Below, one piece after another: positions 10,043 to 20,594 of a stretch of DNA of 64,000 nt. The notes below the pieces were generated by a model that was given only the letters and a program-made list of their open reading frames with translations, was not told where the DNA came from and searched no databases. Location of the stretch: contig JAKASJ010000013.1 in assembly GCA_021819085.1 (NCBI GenBank), positions 7,107-71,106 on the forward strand, written 5' to 3'. Made by a program: the position numbers and the translations under genes. This DNA is from Pseudomonadota bacterium (GTDB lineage: Bacteria > Pseudomonadota > Gammaproteobacteria > Acidiferrobacterales > UBA6901). Position 1 is the first letter of the stretch. The number at the start of each line of letters is the position of its first letter.

Positions 10043-10771
10043 TCAGTCACCACTCCAGTCATGCAGGCGCGCCCTCAGACGCAGCACAGCCTGGCTGTGT
10101 ATCTGGCTGATGCGCGACTCGCTTACCCCCAGGACGGCACCAATCTCCTTCAGGTTAAGCTCTTCATCGTAGTACAGCGCCAGCACCAGTCGTTCGCGCT
10201 CCGGCAGGGAATCAATCGCCTGCACCAGACTGCGGCGGAAATCCTCAGCCTGCATACCCTGCTGCGGGTCCGGTACGTCGGACGGCAGATCTTCGACGAG
10301 CCCGGGTTCATCGTTGCCGACGTCGTCAAGACTGAACAGCCGGCAGCTCGACGCATCTTGGAGAATGCGATGATATTCCTCGAGCGGTATCCCGAGCGCC
10401 TCGGCGACCTCGCTATCTCGCGCGTCCCGCCCGTGCCGGTTTTCAAGCTCGTGAATCGCCTGCGCGACCTCGCGTGCGCGCCGGTGCACCGAGCGCGGAG
10501 CCCAGTCGTTCTTTCGCATTTCATCGAGCATCGCACCCCGGACCCGGATTCCGGCGTAGGTCTCGAAGCTCGCACCCTGGGAAGCATCGTAGTGGCGTGC
10601 TGCTTCCAGCAGGCCGATCATGCCCGCCTGGATTAGGTCATCCACCTGGACGCTGGGCGGAAGCCTGCTGATCAGATGGTAGGCAATGCGCTTCACCAGA
10701 CCTGCGTGCCGGGCGAGAATCTCGTCGAGACCCTCGTCCTGGGTCGCCGCGTATCTGGCCGCGCCACTCAT
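10043..10771 (-). CDS. fliA: Flagellar sigma factor FliA (sigma28)
   Basis: Sigma70-family regions 2-4: LVKRIAYHL..., [53 protein letters not shown]. Confidence 0.9.
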   Translation of the reverse strand: MSGAARYAATQDEGLDEILARHAGLVKRIAYHLISRLPPSVQVDDLIQAGMIGLLEAARHYDASQGASFETYAGIRVRGAMLDEMRKNDWAPRSVHRRAREVAQAIHELENRHGRDARDSEVAEALGIPLEEYHRILQDASSCRLFSLDDVGNDEPGLVEDLPSDVPDPQQGMQAEDFRRSLVQAIDSLPERERLVLALYYDEELNLKEIGAVLGVSESRISQIHSQAVLRLRARLHDWSGD

Positions 10772-11655
10772 GCAACCGCACACGGTTCGCGCCTGCCGAA
10801 GTGGATAAGGCGTTCCACAAAAAACTCGAGATGGCCGCGCGCGGTCTCCGGCATTGGCCAGCTATCTGCCTTCGCTGCCAGGCCCTGGAACGCGACGCCG
10901 GCGCGGCTGCGCGGATAGACATCAACGACCGCACGCTGCTTCTGCACGGCCTTGCGCAGATATTCGTCGTACGGCACCATCCCCAGATAATCGAGCGCAA
11001 CATCCAGGAACCGGTCAGTAACACGCGCGATCTTGTCGAACAGCAGCCGGCCTTCATGAACATTCTTGGCCATGTTCGACAAGACACGGAATCGACTGAG
11101 GCCATAGTCGCGACTCAGCACCTTGATCAATGCATAGGCGTCGGTGATCGAGGCCGGTTCATCGCAAACCACAACGATCACTTCCTGCGAAGCGCGGCAG
11201 TAGCTGATCACACTTTCGGATATACCCGCAGCTGTATCGACCACGAGAACGTCGAGTTTCTGGCCAAGTTCGCTAAAGGCACGAATGATGCCGGCGTGCC
11301 CGGCCTGGCCAAGATCGGCCATTTCCCGCACGCCAGAAGAAGCCGGCACGATCTTGAGGCCTGATGGACCGGTAAGAATGACCTCCTCCAGAGATCGCTC
11401 CCCGTTTATGACATGTGAGAGATTGTAGGCCGGATGCAGCCCGAGAATGACGTCGATGTTCGCAAGTCCGAGATCAGCGTCAAGCAATAGCGTCTCGCGT
11501 CCATTCAGGGCCAGCCCCAGCGCAAGGTTCACCGACACATTCGTCTTGCCAACACCGCCTTTGCCGCTGGTGACCGCGATAACTCGCACCGGCTTCGGGC
11601 GCGCCATGCGACGCAGTCCTGCGGCCTGATCGGCAGTTTGTTCAGACGCACACAT
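10768..11655 (-). CDS. fleN: Flagellar number regulator FleN/FlhG (MinD-like ATPase)
   Basis: Deviant Walker A VTSGKGGVGKTNVSVNLA. Start placed at MCASEQ (GGAGGG Shine-Dalgarno). The ORF-track N-terminal extension overlaps the flhF 3' end. Confidence 0.9.
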   Translation of the reverse strand: MCASEQTADQAAGLRRMARPKPVRVIAVTSGKGGVGKTNVSVNLALGLALNGRETLLLDADLGLANIDVILGLHPAYNLSHVINGERSLEEVILTGPSGLKIVPASSGVREMADLGQAGHAGIIRAFSELGQKLDVLVVDTAAGISESVISYCRASQEVIVVVCDEPASITDAYALIKVLSRDYGLSRFRVLSNMAKNVHEGRLLFDKIARVTDRFLDVALDYLGMVPYDEYLRKAVQKQRAVVDVYPRSRAGVAFQGLAAKADSWPMPETARGHLEFFVERLIHFGRREPCAVA

Positions 11656-12823
11656 TGGTCGCAACCCTCCTCGGGCTTTCCGTATGATTGTTATTGCGCA
11701 GCATGTGCGCGGCACGGGCAGCCAGGCTAACGGCAGAACTGACAAGGTTGTGTGCCCGGGCCACTGCCAAATCCTCTGGGACGCGCTGTCCGTCACTGAC
11801 GTAGGCCACGGGCAACTTCTGCTGTATCACCACACTCAGGAGACCGCCGAGACTCATCGCTTCGTCAAGTTTCGTTATAATGCAGCCGCGCAACCGTGTG
11901 CCGTGGAACGCGCGCGCCGCTTCCAGCGCTGCGGACATCTGGCCAGCGGCAGAAAGCACCAGATAGGTGCCAAGCGGTTCGCCGCCATCGGCAAGCAGCG
12001 CCATCTGTTCGGAAAGTCGCAGATCGCGCTGACTCATGCCGGCGCTGTCGACCAAGACAAGTCGCTTGTCGGAAAACGCCGCCAGAGCTGCGCGCAGCTC
12101 TTCACCGTTTGCCGCAATGCGCAGAGGAAGACCGAGAATCCTTGCATAGGTACGCAGCTGTTCGTGCGCACCGATGCGATAGCTGTCGGTCGTGACCAGT
12201 GCCACACCGCGGGCGCCATGCCGCAGCACGAAACGCGCAGCGAGTTTGGCGATCGTAGTCGTTTTGCCTACGCCGGTGGGCCCAATAAGTGCCACAACAC
12301 CGCCGCGATCAAGAATGTCGTCGTTGGTGACCTGGAGGCGATGGGCGAGTATTGCCAGCGCCTGCCGCCAGGCTGCTTCGTAGTCGGTGGTCTGCGCGGC
12401 CTCATTGGCAATTTGACGTGCAAGCGCCGGGCTGATTCCGGTGTCGCGCAGACTGTGGAGCAGTCGCGCGCGCATCGGGTTGCGCCGAGCCATGTCACCC
12501 CATGCAAGGCTGGAGAGCTGCTGCTCGAGCAGGCCGCGCAGGGATTTCATCTCTCGGCGCATGTCCAGAAGCGCCGGCTCCTGCGACCATTCTATCCGTG
12601 CACCGCCTGCAGCTGGCTTGCACGAATCCGCAGCTGCGGCCCCGGGGGCAGGAGCTCCTTCGGAGCTCTGAAGCAGAGCTTCGTCGTAGTCCATCGCGGC
12701 AATGATTTCCACTCCACCCTCGACCTCGGTGTTGGAAAGTATTACCGCATCAGGTCCCACCTCTTCGCGTACCATGCGAATGGCCTGACGGATGTTCGGC
12801 GCAAAAAAACGCTTAATTCGCAT
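11642..12823 (-). CDS. flhF: Flagellar placement GTPase FlhF (SRP family)
   Basis: N-terminus MRIKRFFAPNIRQAIRMVREEVGPDAVIL. G-domain motifs GPTGVGKTTTIAKLA, DSAGMSQRD and ITKLDE. Confidence 0.9.
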   Translation of the reverse strand: MRIKRFFAPNIRQAIRMVREEVGPDAVILSNTEVEGGVEIIAAMDYDEALLQSSEGAPAPGAAAADSCKPAAGGARIEWSQEPALLDMRREMKSLRGLLEQQLSSLAWGDMARRNPMRARLLHSLRDTGISPALARQIANEAAQTTDYEAAWRQALAILAHRLQVTNDDILDRGGVVALIGPTGVGKTTTIAKLAARFVLRHGARGVALVTTDSYRIGAHEQLRTYARILGLPLRIAANGEELRAALAAFSDKRLVLVDSAGMSQRDLRLSEQMALLADGGEPLGTYLVLSAAGQMSAALEAARAFHGTRLRGCIITKLDEAMSLGGLLSVVIQQKLPVAYVSDGQRVPEDLAVARAHNLVSSAVSLAARAAHMLRNNNHTESPRRVATNVCV

Positions 12824-12864
12824 TCTGCCTTTCCTCGCCCAATCGACCGTTCATTTCGCGCCGC

Positions 12865-14946
12865 TTACTTGCCCACCGTCGCTACAATCCGAATCTGCTT
12901 GTCGTCCGGTATCTCGTTGTATGAAAGCACGCGCATCCCCGGCACAGCATGACGCGTGAAGCGGGCCAGCCAGGGACGCAGGGTTGCCGATACCAGCAGC
13001 ACCGTCGGCTGTCCCGCTGCTTCCTGGCGCTGCGCGCTTTCCGAGAGCGCCTTGCGCATGCGGTCGACCAGACCGGGCTCGAACCCCATCCCCCCTTCAC
13101 CGGCGACTTGCAGCGATTGTTGCAATATCTGTTCCAGAGACGGATCGAGGGTGATCACGGGCAACTCGGCAGCTATCCCGTTGATATGCTGGAGGATGGA
13201 CCGTCCCAATGCTGCACGAACCGCAGCGGTGAGGACGGCGGTATCTTGACTCTGGCCACCTTGTACCGCCAAGGTTTCGGCAATCGTGCGGATGTCGCGT
13301 ACCGGGATTCGCTCTTCCAGCAGGTTCTGCAGTACTTTCAGCACCACTCCCAGTGACAGCGTCTTTGGGACAAGATCCTCCACCAGCTTCGGGGCAGTCT
13401 TCGCAAGGTTGTTGAGCATCTGCTGCACATCCTCGCGCCCGAGCAGCTCATGGGCATGATCCTGCAGCAGCTGGCTGATGTGGGTGGCAACGACAGTCGC
13501 CGGATCGACCACCGTGTACCCCAGAGTGAGGGCTTGCTCGCGCATGTGGCGCTCGATCCACACGGCCTCGAGCCCAAAAGCCGGATCGCGCGTGGCAGTA
13601 CCGGAAATGTTGCCGTATACGCGCCCGGGATTGATCGCCATGTCGCGCTCCGTTTGCACGTCTCCCTGTCCGACCATCACTCCATGCAGACTGATGCGAT
13701 AGGCGTTCGGCGCCAGATCCAGGTTATCGCGGATGTGCACTGCTGGCACCAGGAATCCGAGCTCCTGCGAAAGCTTTTTGCGCACCCCCTTGATGCGCGT
13801 CATGAGTTGCCCACCCTGGTTCTTGTCGACCAGAGGGATCAGGCGGTAACCGACTTCTAGACCGATGGTGTCAGGCGGAACCACGTCTTCCCAGCTCAGC
13901 TCACGTGGCTCTCCCGGCACGGCGACGGACGATTCAACCGCCGCCGGTACCAGGGACTGCACCTGCTTGCGCCTGGCAATCATGTACGCAGTGGCCCCGC
14001 ATACTGAAGCAAGCGTCAGAAAGGCTAGGTTCGGCATTCCCGGCACGATTCCGATCATACCGATCACGCCTGCTGTCACACCCAGAGCGCGCGGATTATC
14101 GAACATCTGGTTCATGATCTGCTTGCCCATGTCCTGGGCACTCGACACACGGGTCACTATGATGGCGGCCGCCGTCGACAGTATCAGCGAGGGTATCTGC
14201 GCCACCAGTCCATCGCCAATGGTCAGAAGTGTGTAGTTGTGAAGCGCATCACTGAACGCCATGCCATGCTGAATAACGCCTATGGCAAGACCACCGATGA
14301 TATTGATGAATAGAATCAGGATGCCGGCGATCGCGTCGCCACGTACGAATTTGCTCGCACCATCCATGGAACCGTAGAAATCCGCCTCGCGGGCAACTTC
14401 GGAGCGCCGCAGCTTGGCCTCCTCCTGGGTGATCAGGCCGGCGTTAAGATCGGCATCGATAGCCATCTGCTTTCCGGGCATGGCATCGAGGGTGAAGCGC
14501 GCGCTGACTTCCGAGACTCGTCCTGCGCCCTTGGTGACGACGACAAAGTTTATGATCACCAGAATCGCAAAGACCACCAGCCCAACTGCATAGTTTCCGC
14601 CAACAACGAAATCGCCGAATGCCTTGATCACCTGTCCCGCGGCGCCCGAACCGTTTTGCCCGTGCAGCAGCACCACACGCGTGGAGGCAATATTGAGCGA
14701 CAGCCGAAGAAGGGTCGCGACCAGAAGCACCGTGGGGAAAGCGGCGAAATCGAGCGGGCGCAGCGTGTACACCACCACAAGAATCACGACCAGAGACAGC
14801 GCGATATTGAAGGTGAACAGTATGTCCAAGACCCGCGGCGGCAGCGGCACGATTACCATGGCCAGTATCATGACCAGGAACAGTGGCACGCCCAGAGCGG
14901 TGCGGCTTACTGCGCGCAGATCGAAGGTCGGGTTCATTTCAGCCAT
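12865..14946 (-). CDS. flhA: Flagellar export gate protein FlhA
   Basis: 693 aa. Conserved FHIPEP region ...SMDGASKFVRGDAIAGILILFINIIGG... and a cytoplasmic C-terminal domain. Confidence 0.97.
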   Translation of the reverse strand: MAEMNPTFDLRAVSRTALGVPLFLVMILAMVIVPLPPRVLDILFTFNIALSLVVILVVVYTLRPLDFAAFPTVLLVATLLRLSLNIASTRVVLLHGQNGSGAAGQVIKAFGDFVVGGNYAVGLVVFAILVIINFVVVTKGAGRVSEVSARFTLDAMPGKQMAIDADLNAGLITQEEAKLRRSEVAREADFYGSMDGASKFVRGDAIAGILILFINIIGGLAIGVIQHGMAFSDALHNYTLLTIGDGLVAQIPSLILSTAAAIIVTRVSSAQDMGKQIMNQMFDNPRALGVTAGVIGMIGIVPGMPNLAFLTLASVCGATAYMIARRKQVQSLVPAAVESSVAVPGEPRELSWEDVVPPDTIGLEVGYRLIPLVDKNQGGQLMTRIKGVRKKLSQELGFLVPAVHIRDNLDLAPNAYRISLHGVMVGQGDVQTERDMAINPGRVYGNISGTATRDPAFGLEAVWIERHMREQALTLGYTVVDPATVVATHISQLLQDHAHELLGREDVQQMLNNLAKTAPKLVEDLVPKTLSLGVVLKVLQNLLEERIPVRDIRTIAETLAVQGGQSQDTAVLTAAVRAALGRSILQHINGIAAELPVITLDPSLEQILQQSLQVAGEGGMGFEPGLVDRMRKALSESAQRQEAAGQPTVLLVSATLRPWLARFTRHAVPGMRVLSYNEIPDDKQIRIVATVGK

Positions 14947-14950
14947 GGCT

Positions 14951-16075
14951 TCAGTCGTGCCTCAGGTCGTCGGGAATTTCCAGATCCGGAATCGGTTCTG
15001 AGCCTGGTTCGGCACCGCGGCTGCGCAGCTGATAGACGTAGGCAAGCACCTTGGCTACCGCCAAATACAGTCCCGCCGGTATTTCGCGACCGAGCTCGGT
15101 GCTGAAATACAGGGCACGCGCCAGAGGCGGAGCGCTGAGTATTGCCACTCCATGCTCTGCGCCGATCTTGCGGATCCGCTCGGCAATCAGGCCCCCACCC
15201 TTGGCTACGACCCGCGGCGCCCGCATACGCGACTGATCGTAGCGCAGTGCGACCGCATAATGCGTCGGATTGGTGACGATGACGTCCGCCTTCGGAACTT
15301 CGGCCATCATGCGGCGCTTTGACATCTCGCGCTGCATGCGCCGGATCTGCGCCTTCACCTCAGGCCGGCCGTCGGTTTCCTTGAATTCGTCGCGCACTTC
15401 CTGGCGCGTCATCTTCATATCGCGCGCATGGTCCCAGAGCTGATATGGCACATCGACAGCGGCGATCACAACCAGGCCCAAGCACAAAGTGACAAGCGAC
15501 CAACACAGCATGTGCGCGAGGTGCGGCAGCGCCACATTCAGCGGCTCGGTTCCTAGACCGAGAATCATTCCGGATTTGCGCCATAACAGCGCACTGGCGA
15601 TGGCCGCCAGCAGCACGAACTTGGCCAGGGATTTGAGCAGCTCCATCAGGCTTCGCAGGGAGAGTAGGCGGCCGAACCCCCGGACCGGATCGAGCCTGTC
15701 CCACTTGAATCCCAGTGCCTCGGGGCTGAACGACCAGCCACCCAGCGCAAGCGGCGCAAGCAGGGCCGCAAATACCATGATGAGCCCCAACGGGGCGAAT
15801 CTGACGAGCACTTCCACGACCGCGTGCATGAAAGCCTGAGGACCTGCGCCGGCATCGAAAGCTGCGCTGCGGGTCAGATTCAGCGATTCGCGCATGAGAT
15901 CGCCGAGTCCGCGCAGCAGGCTGGCGCCCAGAAACAGCATCCCCCCGGCGCTCGCCAGCACCAACACCATGGTATTGAGCTCGCGAGAGCGCGCGATTTG
16001 GCCTTTTTCGCGCGCCTCGCGCAGGCGCTTTGGGGTAGCGCTTTCAGTGCGTTCCTGACCGCGGTCAGATTCCAT
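14951..16075 (-). CDS. flhB: Flagellar export switch protein FlhB
   Basis: N-terminus ERTESATPKRLREAREKGQIARSREL, and the autocleavage site NPTHYAVALRY. Confidence 0.95.
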   Translation of the reverse strand: MESDRGQERTESATPKRLREAREKGQIARSRELNTMVLVLASAGGMLFLGASLLRGLGDLMRESLNLTRSAAFDAGAGPQAFMHAVVEVLVRFAPLGLIMVFAALLAPLALGGWSFSPEALGFKWDRLDPVRGFGRLLSLRSLMELLKSLAKFVLLAAIASALLWRKSGMILGLGTEPLNVALPHLAHMLCWSLVTLCLGLVVIAAVDVPYQLWDHARDMKMTRQEVRDEFKETDGRPEVKAQIRRMQREMSKRRMMAEVPKADVIVTNPTHYAVALRYDQSRMRAPRVVAKGGGLIAERIRKIGAEHGVAILSAPPLARALYFSTELGREIPAGLYLAVAKVLAYVYQLRSRGAEPGSEPIPDLEIPDDLRHD

Positions 16076-16883
16076 GGATTGCCCCTCCCCCAGCCAGCTG
16101 GCCCATCAGACCAAAAGCCGCATCCGACAGGCGTACAAGCTGCGATGGAAGGTCCGGCATCGACATCACGAGCACTACCAACCCCAGCAACAACGTGACT
16201 GGAAAACCGACCGCGAAAACATTGAGCTGCGGCGCAGCGCGCGTCATGACACCGAATGCGATATTGACCAGCAGCAGCGCCGCGACTGCCGGCAGGGCCA
16301 CCATGACCGCCCCTGCGAACATCTGGCCCCCCCACTCGACTACCGCATGCACGGCATCGGGTCCGAAGCCGTGTGTCGATACCGGTAACGCATGGAAACT
16401 GTCCACCAACATTTCGATCATGATCAGGTGTCCATTGAACGCTAGGAACAGCAGCGTTGTCATGACCACGTAGAACTGGCTCAGCACCGGCACCTGCACG
16501 CCGCTGTTAGGGTCTACCATCGCGGCAAAGCCGAGTCCCATGAGCTGCCCGATCATCTGGCCGGCAAGCTCCAGGGCGTTGAACGTCAGACGCAGGATGA
16601 ACCCCATTGCGACACCAATAATCAGCTGCTGCAACGTGATGAACAGCGCATCCGCGCCCAGGGGTTCGACCGCGGGCGCGGCCGGCAGCAGCGGGGTAAC
16701 CACCAGTGTTACCAGTAGCGCCAGCCCCAGACGTATGCGCATGGGAACCACGGCGCTGCCCACTATCGGCGCGGCACCAATAAAGGCGCCGATGCGGAAC
16801 AGTGGCCACATATAGGATCCTATCCAGGACGCGATCTCGGCGCTGGTGAAATTCACGTGCTGGCCTCCGGCGCCTTCATCCAC
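16065..16883 (-). CDS. fliR: Flagellar export apparatus protein FliR
   Basis: Polytopic membrane protein between fliQ and flhB, with overlapping junctions. The start is uncertain by ~9 codons. Confidence 0.9.
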   Translation of the reverse strand: MDEGAGGQHVNFTSAEIASWIGSYMWPLFRIGAFIGAAPIVGSAVVPMRIRLGLALLVTLVVTPLLPAAPAVEPLGADALFITLQQLIIGVAMGFILRLTFNALELAGQMIGQLMGLGFAAMVDPNSGVQVPVLSQFYVVMTTLLFLAFNGHLIMIEMLVDSFHALPVSTHGFGPDAVHAVVEWGGQMFAGAVMVALPAVAALLLVNIAFGVMTRAAPQLNVFAVGFPVTLLLGLVVLVMSMPDLPSQLVRLSDAAFGLMGQLAGGGAIHGI

Positions 16884-17154
16884 CGAACCTCACCATCGTC
16901 GGGATGCTTTCAAACAGCTCGTGGGTATAGCCGACGATCAGGTGCAGCATCCACGGACCGGCAACGACCAGAACTACCACGAGAATCATGAGTTTCGGTA
17001 TGAAACTCAACGTGGTCTCATTGATCTGGGTCGCAGCCTGAAACATCCCTACCAGCAGTCCTACAGCAAGGGCCGCGAGCAGCAACGGCGCCGCGAGCAT
17101 GACCGTTACCTCGAGTGCCTGCTGTCCGACCGTCATTGCTGTTTCCGGGCTCAT
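16876..17154 (-). CDS. fliQ: Flagellar export apparatus protein FliQ
   Basis: 92-aa two-TM protein: ...GLLVGMFQAATQINETTLSFIPKL... Confidence 0.9.
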   Translation of the reverse strand: MSPETAMTVGQQALEVTVMLAAPLLLAALAVGLLVGMFQAATQINETTLSFIPKLMILVVVLVVAGPWMLHLIVGYTHELFESIPTMVRFGG

Positions 17155-17163
17155 GGCGCAACC

Positions 17164-17919
17164 TCAGGTGTGAAAGCTCGCAACCAGTGTTCCCACCACC
17201 AGTCCCCAGCCATTGACCAGCACGAACAACATCAGCTTGAACGGAAATGAGATCGTCTGTGGCGACAACATGACCATGCCCATGGCCATGAGCACACTCG
17301 CCACCACTAGGTCTATGATCACGAAGGGAATGTAGATGAGAAACCCAATCTCGAAGGCCGTTTTCAGCTCGCTGGTCGCGAACGCCGGCGCCAGCAGCGA
17401 CATCGGTGTCTTGTCCGGCGATGCGATGCTGTCGCGCCCGGAGATGTGCGCAAACAGTGCGATGTCGCTCTCGCGAGTCTGGGCGAGCATGAATTTCTTG
17501 AGCGGCCGTCCTGCCTTCTGCAGCGCTTGGTCGAGCGGCAGATGCTGGTTCATATACGGCTGCAGAGCCTCGGTATTGATGCGATCGAAAACCGGTGCCA
17601 TGACGAAGAATGTCAGAAACAGGGCGAGTCCCAGCAGGATCTGGTTGGGCGGCGTCTGTCCGGTCCCCAGCGCCTGACGCAGGATCGCAAGGACGACAAT
17701 GATGCGTGTAAACGACGTCATCATCATAAGACCGGCGGGCAGAAGCGTCAGCGCGGTCATCACCGCGAGTATCTGCAGGCTCACCGAGTAGGTGTGACCG
17801 CCGCCGGGAGCAGGTGTAACCGTGAACGCTCTGAGACCGGCCGGTGCTGCAGCCGCTACATGCGGCGCGAACAGCAACAGCATCGGCACGATCAGAGCCA
17901 TGAATGAACGGTACCTCAT
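17164..17919 (-). CDS. fliP: Flagellar export apparatus protein FliP
   Basis: Signal peptide [24 protein letters not shown], then [29 protein letters not shown]. The start overlaps the fliO stop. The upstream 153 codons of ORF 17164..18378 are Arg/Gly/Ala-rich read-in. Confidence 0.9.
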   Translation of the reverse strand: MRYRSFMALIVPMLLLFAPHVAAAAPAGLRAFTVTPAPGGGHTYSVSLQILAVMTALTLLPAGLMMMTSFTRIIVVLAILRQALGTGQTPPNQILLGLALFLTFFVMAPVFDRINTEALQPYMNQHLPLDQALQKAGRPLKKFMLAQTRESDIALFAHISGRDSIASPDKTPMSLLAPAFATSELKTAFEIGFLIYIPFVIIDLVVASVLMAMGMVMLSPQTISFPFKLMLFVLVNGWGLVVGTLVASFHT

Positions 17920-18416
17920 GACGGCTTCCCATGCTTCAGCGCCGCTGCCAGGCGCGCTGCAAAACCCCCACCCGGCATCGCCACCGGCGTTGCGCCCGGC
18001 AGTTCCTGGTCCAGAACGTGAAGCATTTGGACACGTCCGGGCGCAACGCCCAGCAGAAGCTGACGTTCTCCGACCTGAATCAGAACTGCGCGCTCGCGGG
18101 GTCCGAGCGACAACCCGCCCACGATACGGAGCGCTCCGCCGGCGCCTGCCTGCAGATGCCCGAACCGGCGCAGCAGCCAGGCGGCTGCGGCAATTACGAG
18201 CAGCACCAGAACCAGGCCCAGCAGGATCTGAACCAGACTTTCGGCCACTGTACGGGAAACCGTCGGGGCCGCCTTGCCCGCAGCCGCGGCCGCCTGCGGA
18301 ATCGCTGCGATCACGAGCGTCAACAGCGACGGAATCCGGGCATGCTTTGCTGGCACCATCGGAAGCCCGGCCATGCAATATCGCCCTGATGTCTGCTTAA
18401 ACAATGTGCTTCTCAT
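17916..18416 (-). CDS. fliO: Flagellar protein FliO
   Basis: Single TM helix ([21 protein letters not shown]) followed by [35 protein letters not shown] overlap with the fliN stop. Confidence 0.7.
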   Translation of the reverse strand: MRSTLFKQTSGRYCMAGLPMVPAKHARIPSLLTLVIAAIPQAAAAAGKAAPTVSRTVAESLVQILLGLVLVLLVIAAAAWLLRRFGHLQAGAGGALRIVGGLSLGPRERAVLIQVGERQLLLGVAPGRVQMLHVLDQELPGATPVAMPGGGFAARLAAALKHGKPS

Positions 18417-18757
18417 TTAAGTTTCTGTACTCGCTCGGCGGCGCTGATCACGTCTGTGAGCCGAATTCCGAACTTCTCGTTGACCACAACCACCTCGCCA
18501 TGCGCAATCAGTGTCCCATTGACCAGAACGTCAAGGGGTTCTCCGGCCAGCCGGTCGAGTTCGACGACCGATCCCTGATTGAGTTGCATCAGATGGCGAA
18601 TGCTGATGCGTGTGCGCCCGATTTCCATCGAAATCATTACCGGAATATCGAGTATCACCTCGAGGTTGGCGTCCCCGGCTGCTGCGCCGCCTTCTGCCTT
18701 CAGGTCAGGCAGCGGGGCAGGCGCGTAGCCATCGCTCTTTTTCGCCGAATCGCTCAT
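18413..18757 (-). CDS. fliN: Flagellar motor switch protein FliN
   Basis: SpoA domain: LEVILDIPVMISMEIGRTRISIRHLMQLNQGSVVELDRLAGEPLDVLVNG. Confidence 0.9.
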   Translation of the reverse strand: MSDSAKKSDGYAPAPLPDLKAEGGAAAGDANLEVILDIPVMISMEIGRTRISIRHLMQLNQGSVVELDRLAGEPLDVLVNGTLIAHGEVVVVNEKFGIRLTDVISAAERVQKLK

Positions 18758-18784
18758 AGGTTCTCCGTTAGCTGCTCGCTACTT

Positions 18785-19777
18785 CTACTGTGGCAAACGT
18801 TTGATGGGTTCCATGACCTTAATTGCCCGGTTTCCACGCGATACACCGTACTTGCCCCGAAACGCCGGCACGTTTTCTGCCTTAAGCACTACATGGCTCG
18901 GGAACTCAATCGGTATCACGTCGCCCGCTTTCAGGTTCATCAGTTCGCGCAGCGAGATCTCGGTCTCCGTGAGCGTACTGCTGACTTCGACAACGGCTTC
19001 CTTGACCTCCTCGCGTAGCGCAACCAGCCAGCGCTCGTCGACCTGGTCACGATCGCTCTGCAGGCCCGTGTTGAGCAGATCCCGTATCGGCTCAACCATC
19101 GAATACGGCATCGTGACGTGCACCTCTCCGCCATCACCCTCGATTTCGATGCGGAAAGTGCTCACCACGACCACCTCACTCGGACTGACGATATTCGCAA
19201 ACTGGGGATTGACCTCGGAGTTGATGAACTCGAAATTCAACGCCAGCACCGGCTTCCAGGCCTCCTTGAGATCGTGAAACACCTGCTCCAGAAGCATATG
19301 GATGATGCGCTGCTCGGTAACGGTGAACTCCCTTCCCTCGATCTTTGCCCGGAAGCGCGTGGCGCCTCCGAAGAAGCTGTTGACCACCGCGAATACAAGG
19401 TTCGGATCGAAAATCAGAAGTGCGCTGCCCCGCAGCGGCCGCACGCGCATGATGTTCAGGCTGGTAGGCACGAACAGGCTGTGCACGTATTCCGAGAACT
19501 TGAACATTTTCACCTCACCGGGACTTATTTCCGGCGAGCGCCGCAGCATATTGAACAGACTTATGCGCAGCAGACGAGCAAAGCGGTCATTGACCATCTC
19601 CAGCGTGGGCAGACGACCGCGCACGATACGATCCTGGCTGGCGATGTCGAGCGGTCGCGCAACGCCGTCATGAGCGGCAAGATCATCCTGGGTTTTTACA
19701 CTGCCACTCTCGACGCCGGTCAGCAGAGCGTCGATTTCGTCCTGGCTGAGTACATCGTTCGCTGCCATGGCTGTCAC
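18785..19777 (-). CDS. fliM: Flagellar motor switch protein FliM
   Basis: N-terminal CheY-P-binding peptide VLSQDEIDALL, plus the FliM middle and C-terminal SpoA-like domains. Confidence 0.95.
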   Translation of the reverse strand: MTAMAANDVLSQDEIDALLTGVESGSVKTQDDLAAHDGVARPLDIASQDRIVRGRLPTLEMVNDRFARLLRISLFNMLRRSPEISPGEVKMFKFSEYVHSLFVPTSLNIMRVRPLRGSALLIFDPNLVFAVVNSFFGGATRFRAKIEGREFTVTEQRIIHMLLEQVFHDLKEAWKPVLALNFEFINSEVNPQFANIVSPSEVVVVSTFRIEIEGDGGEVHVTMPYSMVEPIRDLLNTGLQSDRDQVDERWLVALREEVKEAVVEVSSTLTETEISLRELMNLKAGDVIPIEFPSHVVLKAENVPAFRGKYGVSRGNRAIKVMEPIKRLPQ

Positions 19778-20370
19778 TGCATCACGAAATTGGTGAAGTA
19801 GACGGCAGAAATCTGTGGGCTGCCGGTCTCCTGCTGCATGATCCTTTGGATCTCGGCAAGCGCCTCGGCGCGGACTTTCTCCTTTCCGGCGAGCGTACTG
19901 AGATCGGCAGCGCTCTGATTGCTCAGCAGCATCACCAGGTTGTTACGGATATGCGGCATGTACTTCTTGATGTCCTTGATAGCTGCCGGATCGTGGGCCA
20001 TGACTTCAATGGTTACCTGAAGAAAGCGCATTCCGTTCTGTCCCTGGAAGTTCACGACGAACGGCGGGTCCAGACTCAGGTACAGTTCCTGATTAGCGTT
20101 CTGCGGCTTAGCCGGCGCCGGCTGCGGAGCCTGAACCGGCTGCGCCGGCGGCGCACTTGTTGCGGCACCGGCAGGTGCGTGACCACCCTCAAGCATGCGG
20201 GTAATGAGGACAGTTCCGAGGATCGAGGCAATCAGCAGCAGGGTGACGCCGCCCACAATCAGCAGGACCTTTTTACCGCCCCCTTTGGCCGGCCTTTTGG
20301 TCTTCTTGTCGTCCTCGTCCTCGTCTTCGTCATCACGATCGCGACGATCACGCTCTTCCGCCTTCGCCAT
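19774..20370 (-). CDS. fliL: Flagellar basal-body-associated protein FliL
   Basis: Charged N-terminus, one TM helix (VLLIVGGVTLLLIASILGTVLI) and a FliL domain (YLSLDPPFVVNF...). Start moved to MAKAEE at 20370 because a consensus sigma54 promoter lies at 20407-20422, inside the ORF-track extension. GAGGG Shine-Dalgarno upstream. Confidence 0.8.
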   Translation of the reverse strand: MAKAEERDRRDRDDEDEDEDDKKTKRPAKGGGKKVLLIVGGVTLLLIASILGTVLITRMLEGGHAPAGAATSAPPAQPVQAPQPAPAKPQNANQELYLSLDPPFVVNFQGQNGMRFLQVTIEVMAHDPAAIKDIKKYMPHIRNNLVMLLSNQSAADLSTLAGKEKVRAEALAEIQRIMQQETGSPQISAVYFTNFVMQ

Positions 20371-20406
20371 TCGGCCAGCCCTCAATGCGTTGCCTGTTCC
20401 ACCTTT

Positions 20407-20422
20407 AGCAAGACGCATGCCA
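20407..20422 (-). promoter_or_regulatory. sigma54 promoter of the fliL operon (TGGCAT-N5-TTGCT)
   Basis: Reverse complement reads TGGCATGCGTCTTGCT. Correct GG-N10-GC spacing, ~37 nt upstream of the proposed fliL ATG. Confidence 0.7.
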
Positions 20423-20483
20423 CCGGAGGTCATAGCGGAATTGACTAACTTTCATAGGGTTAGCATCGGGCCAGCGGCGATTC

Positions 20484-20497
20484 GACAAGAATTTGAC
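20484..20497. promoter_or_regulatory. Candidate enhancer-binding (FleQ-box-like) site GACAAGAATTTGAC
   Basis: Lies ~65 nt upstream of the fliL sigma54 promoter. It resembles GTCAAGGAAATGAC upstream of PflgB and the reported FleQ consensus GTCaNTAAATTGAC. Confidence 0.3.
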
Positions 20498-20594
20498 AGG
20501 ACGTCCAGAGACTGGCGGCGTAAATCCGGCTAAAGCGGGAAGTTGTCCACAAACAACTCCGACGGCGGCGATGGCCGCCACAGCGTCAAGTGGC

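Noticed and set aside
17920-18378. The 153-codon N-terminal extension of ORF 17164..18378 (and the 304-aa ORF 17018..17932).
   Set aside because: The translation is Arg/Ala/Gly/Ser-rich nonsense overlapping fliO in another frame. FliP begins with a proper signal peptide at 17919, overlapping the fliO stop.
20533-20549. A TGGACA-N5-CCGCT sigma54-like site upstream of fliL.
   Set aside because: It has much poorer -24/-12 elements than the consensus promoter found 110 nt downstream (20407-20422).
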